Part shown: positions 51,160-63,250 of the stretch, in pieces
Numbering within the stretch: position 1 is the stretch's first letter
Layout of the letters: every line of letters begins with the position of its first letter
Assembly: GCA_002633005.1 (NCBI GenBank)
Contig: NMRA01000733.1
Coordinates: 111,404-175,403, forward strand
Direction: 5' to 3'
DNA: 64,000 nucleotides
From: Phoronis australis
Taxonomy: Eukaryota > Animalia > Phoronida
The notes under the pieces: generated by a model
Seen by the model: the letters and a program-made list of their open reading frames with translations, nothing else
The model's database searches: none
Told to the model about the DNA's origin: nothing
Translations under genes and position numbers: made by a program

Positions 51160-53205
51160 GGACAGGCCTTCATCTAGCACACATTCATGACAGGCCTTCA
51201 TCTAGCACACATTCATGGCAGGCCTTCATCTAGCACACATTCATGGCAGGCCTTCATCTAGCACACATTCATGACAGGCCTTCATATAGCACACATCCAG
51301 GGAAGGCCTTTACAGTGTTCTCCACGACCACTTTTGACGTGTCGCAGAGTCCTGTTTGGCTGAACGCGCGTCCTGTTTAAATGTCCCGCGTCCTGTTTAA
51401 AAATCCCGCGTCCTGTTTAAAAATCCCGCGTCCTGTTTAAAAAATATAGGGACTACTTTGTAAAAAAGGCATCGTCGTCATTAATAAGGTCTTTACTGGT
51501 TCAAATCACGGTTGGCAGCAACTGGCCATAGCCCATTGAAACTGAATAAAGGCCAACTGGTTAGTTGCTGACAGCCTAATCACCGGTCTCACTCAAGCGG
51601 CAGACCGGGCCGCTAGTCTATTTATGGTGTAACGCGGCGTGTAAATAATCTCTCAATTATCTATTTAACTCATCTGGAACAACTAGTTATAGTCAATTGA
51701 ATTTAAACAAAGGCTCAGCAGTGGTACCTATAGGCTTAATCCACTACCTGCCCACTGGAGGTGCAGCCCGGCATGAAAGTCGCTGATCGTTAGGCCTACG
51801 CTAGGCCTATTCGCTTTTGAAGTCATCTTTTTGTTTTCGGCGGACAACTGATCATATTACCGATTGAAAAAATTAAGACTTGGTGGTTATTGTTCGATGA
51901 AGTATATGTTGTCAGCGAAGTATATGTGGTCAGCAAAGACACCGCTGCGCAGCAGTTTAGACTACGGCCGTCTTCTGGGAGGCCAGAATTTTGGTTTTCG
52001 TAGCACATTTTTCAATATTGGGTGGGCCATACCACACCGACGTTACCGCTACCAGTCTCAACAAACATTTGCATGAAACTGCTTTTGATGGTTCTCATTG
52101 GTTGTTGTTTGTGTATTTCTCACATAGATGAATATTATTGGTTCCTTTTGGTGCCACACACTCTTGAGATTGATCGAGTTCATCTCGTTGCCTTATAAGA
52201 AGTTTCGTGGGCAAGAAGTTTCGTAGGCAGCATGAACATTACACCTGTGGCGCATACTCCCTCTAAAAATCTACCAAGCGTTCCCTAACTCAACTTCAGT
52301 GGCGATTTCAAGGGAGTATTCCGAGACTTGGGACAGCGGATGACATAAAATATATGTCTCGCGCTGAGAAACTGTAGCCAAAATCACGTGCTCTCATTGA
52401 AGTCACACAGTAATATCTCGCGTAATCTCACAGAGTCTTGTTTACCTCGCGTGGTCCTTAAATAAGTGAATTCTATCCTGGCTTCCGGTACCAATTGACA
52501 TGCGCATTCTACATACTTAGAAATGTCATCTGCCGCGGGAAGGGAAGGCGAAGGACCGCTAAGCCTAAGGATTATTTTAAAAACCGAGAGATGTTTCAGA
52601 TACTGATGTTGACTCAGATGCAGATACGACAGATAATCCAGGACCTGATGGTGGTGATATTGTCGAGCTCGGTCAACAAATCAGAAATATCCGTGTCATG
52701 AACGGCACGAACCGAATTTTTTTCGACGTCAGACATCAGCAATGCAAATGAATAAAAAGTTGAATAAACACAGTTATTTGGTTGCACTATTGTGCATTAC
52801 TATTAAAATGCGTGGGTAAAAATAAGGTGCACACTAGCTTATGGAGAACGTTGACCGCCGCGCGGTTCCGGCACGTTGCAGTTTTACGCGTGCGACCTGT
52901 TTAGATTTTCAGATGTGGAGAACACTGCTTCATCTAGCACACATTCATGGCAGGCTTTCATCTAACACACATTCATGGCAGGCCTTCATGTAGCACACAT
53001 CCGGGGCAGGCCTTCATCTAGCACACATTCATGACAGGTCTTCATCTAGCACACATTCATAGCAGGCCTTCATCTAGCACACATTCATGGCAGGCCTTCA
53101 TCTAGCACACATTCATGACAGGCCTTCATCTAGCACACATTCATGACAGGCCTTCATCTAGCATACCGTACATCCAGGGCAGGCCTTCATCTAGCACACA
53201 TACAG
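51160..53205. repeat. 28-bp minisatellite split by a MITE
   Basis: Unit CAGGCCTTCATCTAGCACACATTCATG(A/G) at 51160-51310 and 52928-53205. Confidence 0.88.
51313..52927. mobile_element. hAT-like non-autonomous element
   Basis: 13-bp TIR CAGTGTTCTCCAC; subterminal 20-bp repeats CGCGTCCTGTTTAAAAATCC at 51366-51442. Confidence 0.7.
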
Positions 53206-54707
53206 GTCATCTAAAAGGGGGCCTAGACTCAAATTTAGATACCCTAGCTATGACATACTGTTTATAGCGTTTGGACACCAAAGTAAATTATGGTAGCATT
53301 GTTGTATGTTTTAACAATTGGTAACTGCAGTTCCAGGAGCTCTTTGACCAGTTCAAAATAATAAAGTAGGTTATTATCACCTTATTTCACAGTACAACAA
53401 AACTAATTTCTTTCTATATGGATGTCAAGAACTTAACTCAAACGAAAATATGGTTTTATTTGAAATAGTATCAGAATTTCTTTATAACATTAAATCTCTT
53501 TGTGTGAGTGGATAGAATTTATACATCTGTATGAAAATGAATTATTTTCATTCGTTGTCATATATGTATTCTTAACATCAGTTTTTTATTTATGTATTCG
53601 TATATAATTATTGTATATAGACTTCTTTGTATTTTTTACCCAGATCTAATGCCTCTTGGCGCTTTCTGGGTTATGTATATTCATTTTATTCTGAAGATTT
53701 CGTAATAAACATTAAAAAAAATTCACAGTGCACACAAAAGAAATTGATTGAATGTATTTTCCTGATAGTTAGGGTGTGCCAAATAAATTGATAAACAGAT
53801 TTCTTAGTTGACGAGCGTGCAAAATTAATTGAGTTACCAAGCAAGGCCAACTGTCTGAGTGTGAATTTAATGAGATGCAGCCAGCATGTTGCCACTGTGA
53901 TCCAATTATCAATACATACTTAAGTTACCTGATGCTATTCCAATATAACAGTATTTTACCACATCATTGGTGAAACATTCTTTGGAGTATATGACTCTTA
54001 ATGACAGGACACTCAAACAGATCACCCCTTTCACCTCATGTTTGCAACAGCATGAGATATCATGGGTGGTGCAGCACTGAAAAAAGTGGAAGGGCTAAAG
54101 CCCCCTCAGCCCTCCGTGGTTCACCGCCTAAAGACCATGTGTGGCGTAGCACTAAAAAAAGTGGGGAGCTATAGCCCCCAGCCCCCTATGGTGCACCGCT
54201 CATGGATATCCCACATCAATGGATGAGGTAAGTGGTAAATATGCAATGTCCTGACCTTATTCAAGAGGTGTGTACTAGTAGAATTAATGACAGGGCTTTG
54301 TGATGATATCTTCCGAAGTACAAAACTGACTGCATGTGAATTAGGTGAGACAAGACATTCCATAAAGTAACCTCATGTGAAATATCAGACACTAAGTATT
54401 ATTATTATAAAATCTTGGGTGTGCAAAATGAGTGGAGTGTGCTAAATACGTGAAAAATTATTGTAGTTGGGAAATGATTTGATAAACTTTATTGCAGACT
54501 CGTGACTTCATGTCAACACACTTAAGTATAACAACAACTTGACTTGCGGTCCTGAGAATACAGGTAGGTGTCCCGAGAACAAATTTTAAATGATATGGAT
54601 GAACCCCTGAACCCTGGTAGTAGAGTTTCAAACCTTTTCTTAATTGACCTTCACGCTACCATCAAATGTCAAGACAAGGCAACATAAAACTGTTGAATGG
54701 TACTTAC

Positions 54708-54787
54708 ACCTGCAGAGAATAGTCAACATGTAGTCTGACCATGGCCTTGGCTAACTTGTGCTTGCCTGTTCCTTCAGCTCCCACAAC
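54708..54787 (-). CDS. CENPM: CENP-M exon 2 (P-loop-like segment)
   Basis: VVGAEGTGKHKLAKAMVRLHVDYSLQV; 80 nt, CCTAG acceptor and GTAAGT donor, phase 2 joins exon 3 in frame; exon 1 not located. Confidence 0.85.
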
Positions 54788-56419
54788 CTAGGAAAAATAA
54801 TCAAGTGTTAAAAGGTCAACCATGGTAGCACTGTCATGACTGTTTATGGTATCACCTTTAAAAACATTATAAAACTATTGACGAACCAGCAAAAGGCAAC
54901 TTTCAGAGCAATTATGAAGTAGAAGGTACCACAGTTCTTGACTAGCCTAGAAAACATTTGTAATCTATGCTAAGAACAAGTTGAGAACAGCTCATAAACA
55001 ATAAGATGTCTCAACACTGTTCACCTTTTAACAGAAGGCAGAGACCATCATAAGCCAGGGGAATGTGTTCTTGGTCACATTCAGCACATCTGAATTGGAA
55101 TAAAAGGTTCATAACAAATTCAAAAACACTTAAGATTGAAAAAATATCCGCAAGACAATATCAGAATCGCCTTTGTCGAGCAACCCATTGTCATATTTCT
55201 TCAACTTAATTCTAGTCTTTAAAAAAAAAACATGACACCTCAAACAAAAGTGGCCAAAACAGATTGTGTGCATTTCGTTTAAGAAACCATGAGTTCAACA
55301 TTTTTAACGTTTTGTAGAGAAAATACAAGACTTAAAGCAGAACAGCACATTGAAGAACCTCTCATGATTACTCGTCTACAGGCCAAATAGTTTAGATGCT
55401 TGACTTTGGTGCCAAGAGTCATGCGTTCGATGCCTCATTCATGTTCAATGTCAAACACAATTATACAAAACACAAATTAAACAAACTTTCACTGACAAGA
55501 CTCTTGCTCTTTTTCTTTTTATATCACTTAAGGAGCCATGCTCCAAAGATTTCACACCAACTTCACCATGAAATGCCAAAAAAATCTCCTTGCCTACCAT
55601 CAAGTGCAGCCAGGGTCCGCCATTTTGAGGAAATTACGTGAAATCACGCCTGTAGACAAACAAAAAGTTCAAGGGACACAAACCTTACGAATTTCCCCTA
55701 ATACCTTCCCATGCTATTTTGCAAGTGTCACGTGCCAGGTCACGCGCTTCGCTCAGTCTTTGCCTAACTCATGCGCCTCAGTTGAAATACTTTGTGGTTA
55801 TCGCGCGTGTGGTAAAAATGTCAACAGTGACCAAAAATGGATTTGGAATTCTTCGCCAAAGTCACCTTAATTCTCCTAGCTGTGCTTCATTGAAGATATG
55901 TGTAGAAACAGAATGGATAACTGAAGACAGTAAGCACTTTTTTAAGTGATAGTTTTAAGTGTAGAATGTATTTTGAAAACTCTTAATCAGTGAGCAGATT
56001 TTGCCTACCACCCGTTTAAAATACACGGGACGAAATTAGTACAGAAAGCAGTGGGAAGTATTGTAGCCCGTAAACAGCCAACCAAGGGGCTATACGTTGC
56101 CTAGGCTAGCCTAGAGAAAAACGTGCCTTACCCGTCGGATGTTATTTCGGATATTGGTGTTTAACCCATTCCCGAGGGCATGCTCAAGTTACAATATTTA
56201 TCTATTTAAACTTCTTGAAAAGACTAGGTAACCACTTCAGTGAATACACTGATTTTCAAGTGGGCCGAGTCGGAAATAATTACATGAAGTAAAATACAGA
56301 CAGCTAAGTACAATTAGATTGAAAAGATTAATAAATAAAATAAATTAGAATAAAAATTAGTTAATATGTACAATTAGATGAATAAATTAGATAAAATAGA
56401 GCAAAGTAATGATGAGCTG

Positions 56420-56960
56420 GGGCGTACGGTCCCAAACCACGCACAAAGTCCCAGTATTTCTGTTTGAAGATGTGGACATTGGGCGCGTTCGCGATGGCAG
56501 TCTCCAGCCCGTTGTAAGCGACAGCACCCCTGTAGGCAAAAGTTCTTTCGCAGCCACAGTTGTTTTTAGGTTTATGTGGTACCAGGCATCCAGACTAGGC
56601 AGCCAGAAACACTCACTTTATTATTGTAAATGTGAGAATCTGAGTGCTTTGAATTAAGTAATGAGGTAATTAGGTGTGAGGCTATGTGTGGCTTTGTACA
56701 CCATAAAGTTTAAATGAAAGGCACGCCTGCTAACCAGGCTCCACCAACAAAGTGTGTCGAGGAGGTCAGAAATAGGAAAGTCATTATCACTGTAGTTTAG
56801 AATCAGCCTCCCAGCCTTGTTTTGTAATTTTTGAAGTCTATCCTGAAGGTATGATGCACAGTTACCCCATACAGAATCACAGTAATCAAAGTGTGGTACA
56901 ATTAGACTCTTGTACAGAGTCTGAAGACTAGCCTGATTCGTGACTGTACAAAAGCCCAAT
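56420..56960 (-). mobile_element. L2/CR1-type LINE 3' RT fragment
   Basis: LYKSLIVPHFDYCDSVWGNC..LQKLQNKAGRLIL; upstream piece of the same RT (VTFGFP..ILGPLLF) at about 58315-58515. Confidence 0.8.
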
Positions 56961-57487
56961 ATTTTCAGAATTTCATAAGTTATTCAAACTTGAAGCTTAA
57001 AGGTAACGAATGTTACAGTAAATTTGGTGAAACAAAAACATTAAATTATAATTTCACATAGATCAATTCTTCGGAAGCCATTGGACACTACTAAGTTGGC
57101 GACAGGTATATTCACGTTTGTATCAATTCACTAGTTGCACAGATGTATTCCAGTTGACTGAAAAGAGCAGTTTGCAATGAGAAATTGTTGTAGTTTGGAA
57201 AAAAATCGGGTCTCCAAACCAAAAAAGTAAACCGGCGACAGTAACGAATGCTACAATTTGTCACTTTAAACTTTAAAGACTTGTGAAAATATCCAGTTGC
57301 CTTATATGATTAAATTTTGCTTGCGCAGTCTTGTTGTAAATGTTCCCTTTAAAAATACTTGATGTCATGTATCCCATGGTTTGTTTTTTAAAAATGTCTC
57401 GGCAACATCATTTGCACCATTTTATTGAGCTTGGGCGTCTATATTATATTGTTTCACTGACCTGGATAAATCATTAACAAAAACACA

Positions 57488-58312
57488 TAGTGTACCTACC
57501 TAATTATCGGACCGACCCTAAATATCGGACATTTCATAAAATCTTACTTGAAGCATAATCTGAGAATTAAATGACACAAATTTTTGTTCCGTTGTAGTAC
57601 ATTATATGTCTGGCACCATCTCGTTTTTTACAGCGTTGCCTCGTTTTTTTACAGCGTTGCATCGTTTTGATTTCACTGAGAGAGGGTGCAATTTAGACCC
57701 CCAAGTCAGTCTGAAATGGACGATCGCATAAATCGGTTATAACAGTTGAAAAAATCTTTTTCTACAGTGAAATCATCTCATTGAACTGACAATATGTCAC
57801 TGCTTCATTTTTTCCATTTGTTTTTGAACTCAAGTCAAACCCCGACCGCGCACATGCGTGTGTGATATCAAGAAGGCAAAGAGATACTAAAAAGTTTGCA
57901 CCTGCTTTAGTCGCCTGCACCGATTCATTGAAACGACTTCGTGCCGTCATCAGATTTCATTTCATGGATAATTTTGTTGCGAATGGAGCTGTGTTCTAGC
58001 AGCATATATGTCAAAACACACGAGCTGAAATTTGGCTACAAGGTGCCCGTGGCTATTACTTGGTTAGTCAGTTTTCCGCAGTGTGGAGTATGGAAAAACA
58101 TGGTGTCCGATATTTAGGTTCTCCGGAGGTTTGCTAGTTGTGTTTTTTAAAGATAGTTAGAATATAAATGTGGCTTTTGGTGACAAGATATAGTAACAAA
58201 ACAATAAAGGTAAGCCTTTATTTCAGCAAAGAATTTCCAAAAATCCCTAGTATTTTCAATTAAATATAATGCAAAGTGTGCCAAAACGTCCGATAATTAG
58301 GTCACTTGACTG
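57488..58312. mobile_element. Tc1/mariner-like MITE interrupting the LINE
   Basis: ACCTAATTATCGGAC / GTCCGATAATTAGGT inverted subtermini; right end CTG|TA. Confidence 0.5.
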
Positions 58313-60278
58313 TACGCAATTCACAAAATAACAATGGACCCAGTATCAACCTCTGGGAAAACCAAACGTCACCTCAAGTGGTGTTAATATCGCCCCATTC
58401 ACAATAGTGACTTGATTTCGATTACTTAAATAATTACTGAATTTGTCGAGTTCGGCATCGCGCACACCACAAAAGTTTTAACTAAGTTATTTAAGTCAAG
58501 AGTAATCTATTGTGGTTAAAGGAGAATGCCACCTGATTTAATTAGTCTTTTTTGCCGTCTTAATCGGTCTACATCCATATCGCCTCTTATACGGTCGACC
58601 TCACCTTGCCGAGAGGTGTCGTGTTAACCTGTGAGGAAGGTGAGAAACAACGCAGCGACGTCAGTGGTTCATCTGCAGAGTGAATGCCGCTATATTGCGG
58701 TGCATCGTTCCCGCTTGTCTGAACTATAAAGCTGCAAAGAAAGCGGGTATATCATTTTTTCGACTTCCTTGAGAGCCCAAAATGTTTAGGAAGCAGCTCG
58801 CGGTAGTGAAGAATGAAAGGTAGGCTGTTAATAGCAAGTGTGAGGCTGTGAAACATCTCCGTGTCTGTGGCCGGCATTTAATCGACAGCGATTTCTCTGA
58901 AGGCATACCAAAGAACTATCCATACGTTATGTTGCCTGTGCATGTTCACAGCGCCTTTCTAGTATTTCTTGATCAGTGTATTCCAGTTCTAACTGATAGC
59001 CTGTGAAACCTAACGATCCAACACGTGAAGTCTTCATCGGATGAGCTCTTCACTAAGTCAGGATTGGCACCAGGAGAGTTGCCATGCAGACACTTATTAT
59101 TCTGCATTCTGTTTCAAAATGAATTATTCTCACCCTAACCAATGCTTATATGAAACTGAAACAAAGTATACCTATTTAGATACATTTTGTAATGCCCTGG
59201 AGTGCTCATAGACTCTATTCACGCGGCGGCCATTAAGATCCAAAGCGAGGCTCACTGCGATAAACAAAGCGAAAGTAGACATTGCGTGAGTTAAATAGCC
59301 GGTCTTACGAGTCCAACCTGGATATTAAATTTTAATGATGTGTCGACAATTAACCACAGAGACGCAGAAAATTACATTAGAGAACAAGTTAAGGCGCCAA
59401 AGAGTTGTCTGACGAAAGGGTTTAATTTTTTTTCAGAAAACTAGGTTCGAAACATGAAAAGTAAATATGACCAAATTGCTGCGATCGTAGTAATACGGAT
59501 TAGGTATTATGCTGAATGCAGGGTTACGTTTTTTCTTGTAAATTGTTGATCAAAATATTTTCTACGCGGACCAGGTCATCTGCTCGTATTGTTGACGAGT
59601 TGAAGACACTAGTATTCGACAAGGTGGTGTCTGTCATGTGCAATTAGTCACATATGGTTTAATTTGTTGATCAAGAATATTAACATCAAGCATAGCCTGA
59701 TCCTATGCACTCACTGGGACTAACAGTTGATTTGTCATTGGTCTGAAAGAATAATTGATGTTATTAAATATATTTTTATTAAAATAAAAAACCAGGCTCG
59801 TAATTGAAAATAAAAATTATTTGACCATCAATGCTTTCTTGGTTGTAATAATTCTTACGTCTATTTCATGTGTTAGATTTCAAAAATCAATCTGGACCAA
59901 GTTCAATTTTGAAATTAAAACACCCAATTCGTTCGTCCAAAACATAACATCGTTTTAGAACTCAATTTCAGTTAACTGGACAATGCAATCATAGTTATCG
60001 TGTTTCTGCAGAGGCCTCTTTCATCCGAGGGGAACGGTGACAGTGCCTACTGAGAGGCGATTTTTTCGCCGANNNNNNNNNNNNNNNNNNNNNNNNNNNN
60101 NNNNNNNNNNNNNNNNNNNNNNNNNNNNNNNNNNNNNNNNNNNNNNNNNNNNNNNNNNNNNNNNNNNNNNNNNNNNNNNNNNNNNNNNNNNNNNNNNNNN
60201 NNNNNNNNNNNNNNNNNNNNNNNNNNNNNNNNNNNNNNNNNNNNNNNNNNNNNNNNNNNNNNNNNNNNNNNNNNNNNN

Positions 60279-61160
60279 TTTTTTACAATTAAAAAATGCG
60301 TTGAACAAGGCTTTTACACCTAAGTTTACAAAAACAGCTCCCTTGCATTGGGCTTTTTTAAGTACTAAAAAACTATTGATCAAGACTTTTATGTTTAAAT
60401 TTACGAAAACAGCCAAATAGCTTACCAAACGGGTATTACAGATATTACAGATATTGGTTGAACGATGAGTGCACTGTTTTTGCTCATCTCAAGTCAAATT
60501 CTGTTATAAAGTTTATTATATCAACTTCACTAGCTTTATATTCTGTACAATGAGTTACCAAAGCTGCAGTTACCAACAAAAGAAAAATGCACAGATGATG
60601 TGTGGTTTATATTTTGACAACAGGTGTCACTGCTGCTCCGTTTTAGACGCACATAGAAAAGCATGAAACAGGCGAAAACTCAAACATTTTAAATGGGGAT
60701 ATTCTTGCGGCACATCATATTATTAAAATAATGACATTTATTTTGCTTTTGGTATTTTTAAAAAAAGAAGAAGTACATGAAATTACAGCTCTGAAACACC
60801 AGTTTGGAGTTAAGCAAGGTCCATGTCCCTATATAAAGTACAGAATGGCAATGGCATGTGAGTCTATTGAAAGCAGACACTCTGGCAACCAACCACGTGC
60901 TAATGATTGACAGGTCTACCAAATAGTTTGAATATTGCAACATTTTAAATACTTTGTATATTTCTTTCCCAGTTGAAAGGGCCAACTTCCTGCTTTGATT
61001 AACTAGGAGTCTTGGTAATCTTTCAATGTGGGTGTCCAAACTGGAGAAAATCTGATTGACAGGGCGTCCAAATGATACATTGGGCGTCCTTGCCAGGGCG
61101 TCTACATTAGTGCTAGGGCGTCCAAATGGACGCCCAGGACGTACGCTGCATGAAGGCCTG
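60279..61160. mobile_element. hAT family B long copy (reverse orientation, cut by gap)
   Basis: Reverse complement of 23028-24180; ends CTGCATGAAGGCCTG. Confidence 0.75.
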
Positions 61161-61561
61161 CCGGGCACCGAGGCTGTGTGAGCGCATGCTAATTCAGTAT
61201 TTGCTGATAGAAAGCTGTTGTGAAACAATTACTCGATTTTATATGCTATGGCCACATGTTAGGGGAATCTTCATTATTTAGAAATACAACTACATTATTC
61301 AAATCATTGTTACTGTACAACCTTTGCCCTGACGGTCTGTGGAAGGGGAACCCGACAAGTAAGTAGATTTTCAGTTTCGTGGCTAATTCACATAAATAAT
61401 TATGTGCACATTATTTCTTTGGCTCACTAGTCATTTTATGACTGGAGGTTTAGTTTCCAACTCAAGTTGGTTTATGTTCATGCTAGTCCCGGCAGCCGCG
61501 ACGGGCCTGATCGGGTTCCGAGCCACTGGCCGGGATAACGAACCACGACGGGCATAATCGG

Positions 61562-62042
61562 CAGGCATTCATGCAGTGTACGTCCTGGGCGTCCATTTGG
61601 ACGCCCTAGCACTAATCTGGATGCCCTGGCAAGGACGCCCAATGTATCATTTGACGCCCACTGTCAATAGGAACCTTTCAAGTTTGGACTGACACATTGT
61701 AATGAATACTAGGAAGCCTCTGAAGGCTCACAGTGGGGGCTCTTTTTTCAAAGCAGGAAGAAATATACAATGTATATACAAAGTATATGCATTGTTGTAT
61801 TTTGACACTTGATTGACAGCATTGTAAAAGTCTTGGTCTACACAGTTTTTTTAGTAAAAATGCTCACTGTTTTATAAACTTAGATGTAAAAACCTTGATC
61901 TATGCATTTTTGTGTAAAAAAATCTGTGGTTTTGGGGGGTATTGCTGGGGGTGGGGGGTTACGCATCGGAATCATGGACGTCCTGGAATATTGGTAACCC
62001 CATTTTGGACACCTTATTTTCAAAATCCTGGATAAGGGCCTG
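61562..62042. mobile_element. hAT family B short copy
   Basis: Reverse complement of 24580-25027; TSD ataatcgg/ctgatcgg. Confidence 0.78.
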
Positions 62043-62371
62043 CTGATCGGGTTCCGAGCCACTGGCCGGGATAACAAGCGTTTTGTGTGTTTAGAACTAA
62101 AAAAATCACAAGTATAACAACACAGATCTAGGTTCCCCTGTCCTGTATTTCACGGAAGAATACTTCGAATTTATCTCTGAACAGACCCCAAACTCAAGGC
62201 TACAGACCTTGCCACCTTGGTAAATTGGCCTGCCGAATTTTGTAGGTTACGGTGTGTCCAAATACCAGTAAATCCGTAACAGCGAAATAAAACAAAACGT
62301 TTTTATAAGAACTCGGTGTATTTTTAAAGGTTTTACATCGAAGTTTGATGATTTATTAGTGTTAAACGATG

Positions 62372-63250
62372 TGTAACAGGAGTGCCCTGGACATGATTAT
62401 GTAAGTAAGATATATGCGCCCTCTAGTGGTCAAGCGGTGTATTACGTATGGAATTTTCCTATGATGTTGAGTCCTTTGGACATGGCCAAATATGGTCAGA
62501 AGCTAGGAGCTATGGGCCTTGCCCTTCAGATCGTGTCTGATTGGTTGAAATTGTGTACTTAAGCTTTGTCTCTGTCAGACACGAGGAGTCCAGTCGCAGA
62601 GTTCAAGAAGCAAACATGCACACCTTCACTCACANAGGTTGCGTGTTCAAAGTTCACAAAACGTAATAGTAGCGACATTGAACACATGTTTGTCAGTACT
62701 CCTGAGTTGATTTGCCGTTGAGGTTTCACTAAATACCCTTGTCAAGTCGATTATCAATTCACAACTTGTCGTGTGTTGCTGTTAACTCATGGATAACCTT
62801 GCTTTCGCGAAACTTGCAATATTCAGGTGGCGATAGCTTGAATGTGGGAAGTAATGCCCACTTGTTGCCCAATTAATATTTTCTAGAAGTAGATTCATGT
62901 CTGTTGACGCTCTGTTGTTAGGCTACTCCATTCGTCGTCGGTTACTGTTGTCTGGCGTACTCCACGTATTCAGGACACGTTTTAGTGGTTTCAATTACTA
63001 AGAGTATCATCTACTGACCTCAGGCTCATTTGCTGATTTCATCCAATTCCATAATCCAAAATGGCCCGTTTCTTGTCAAATGTGTCGAATTGGTTTACTC
63101 CCTCGTTTATGGCGGCAGAAAATCACGTCGAACCGGATCCTCTGCCTGAAATTGTCCCAGTAGGTGATTATAGAGACCATTCCTCTGAAATGCCATACGT
63201 CGACTGTCCAAGTAACAGCCCGCCTAGTGTATTATCATTTGACCATCAGC
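62372..63250 (+). mobile_element. Possible LTR retrotransposon 5' end
   Basis: Family A homology breaks exactly at TGTAAC; candidate LTR end TTCA near 62825 followed by TGGCGA (PBS-like); short ORF at 63061; second LTR not in window. Confidence 0.35.

Larger units (their letters stand above)
58520..62371 (+). mobile_element. Kolobok-like family A copy 3, fragmented by nested insertions
   Basis: TTAA|AGGAGAATGCCACC start; homology to copy 1 at 58520-59207, 61161-61561 and 62043-62371. Confidence 0.75.

Noticed and set aside
55590-55626. AAAATGGCGG start context as CENP-M exon 1
   Set aside because: Reads MADPGCT* and lacks a phase-0 donor; exon 1 left unassigned
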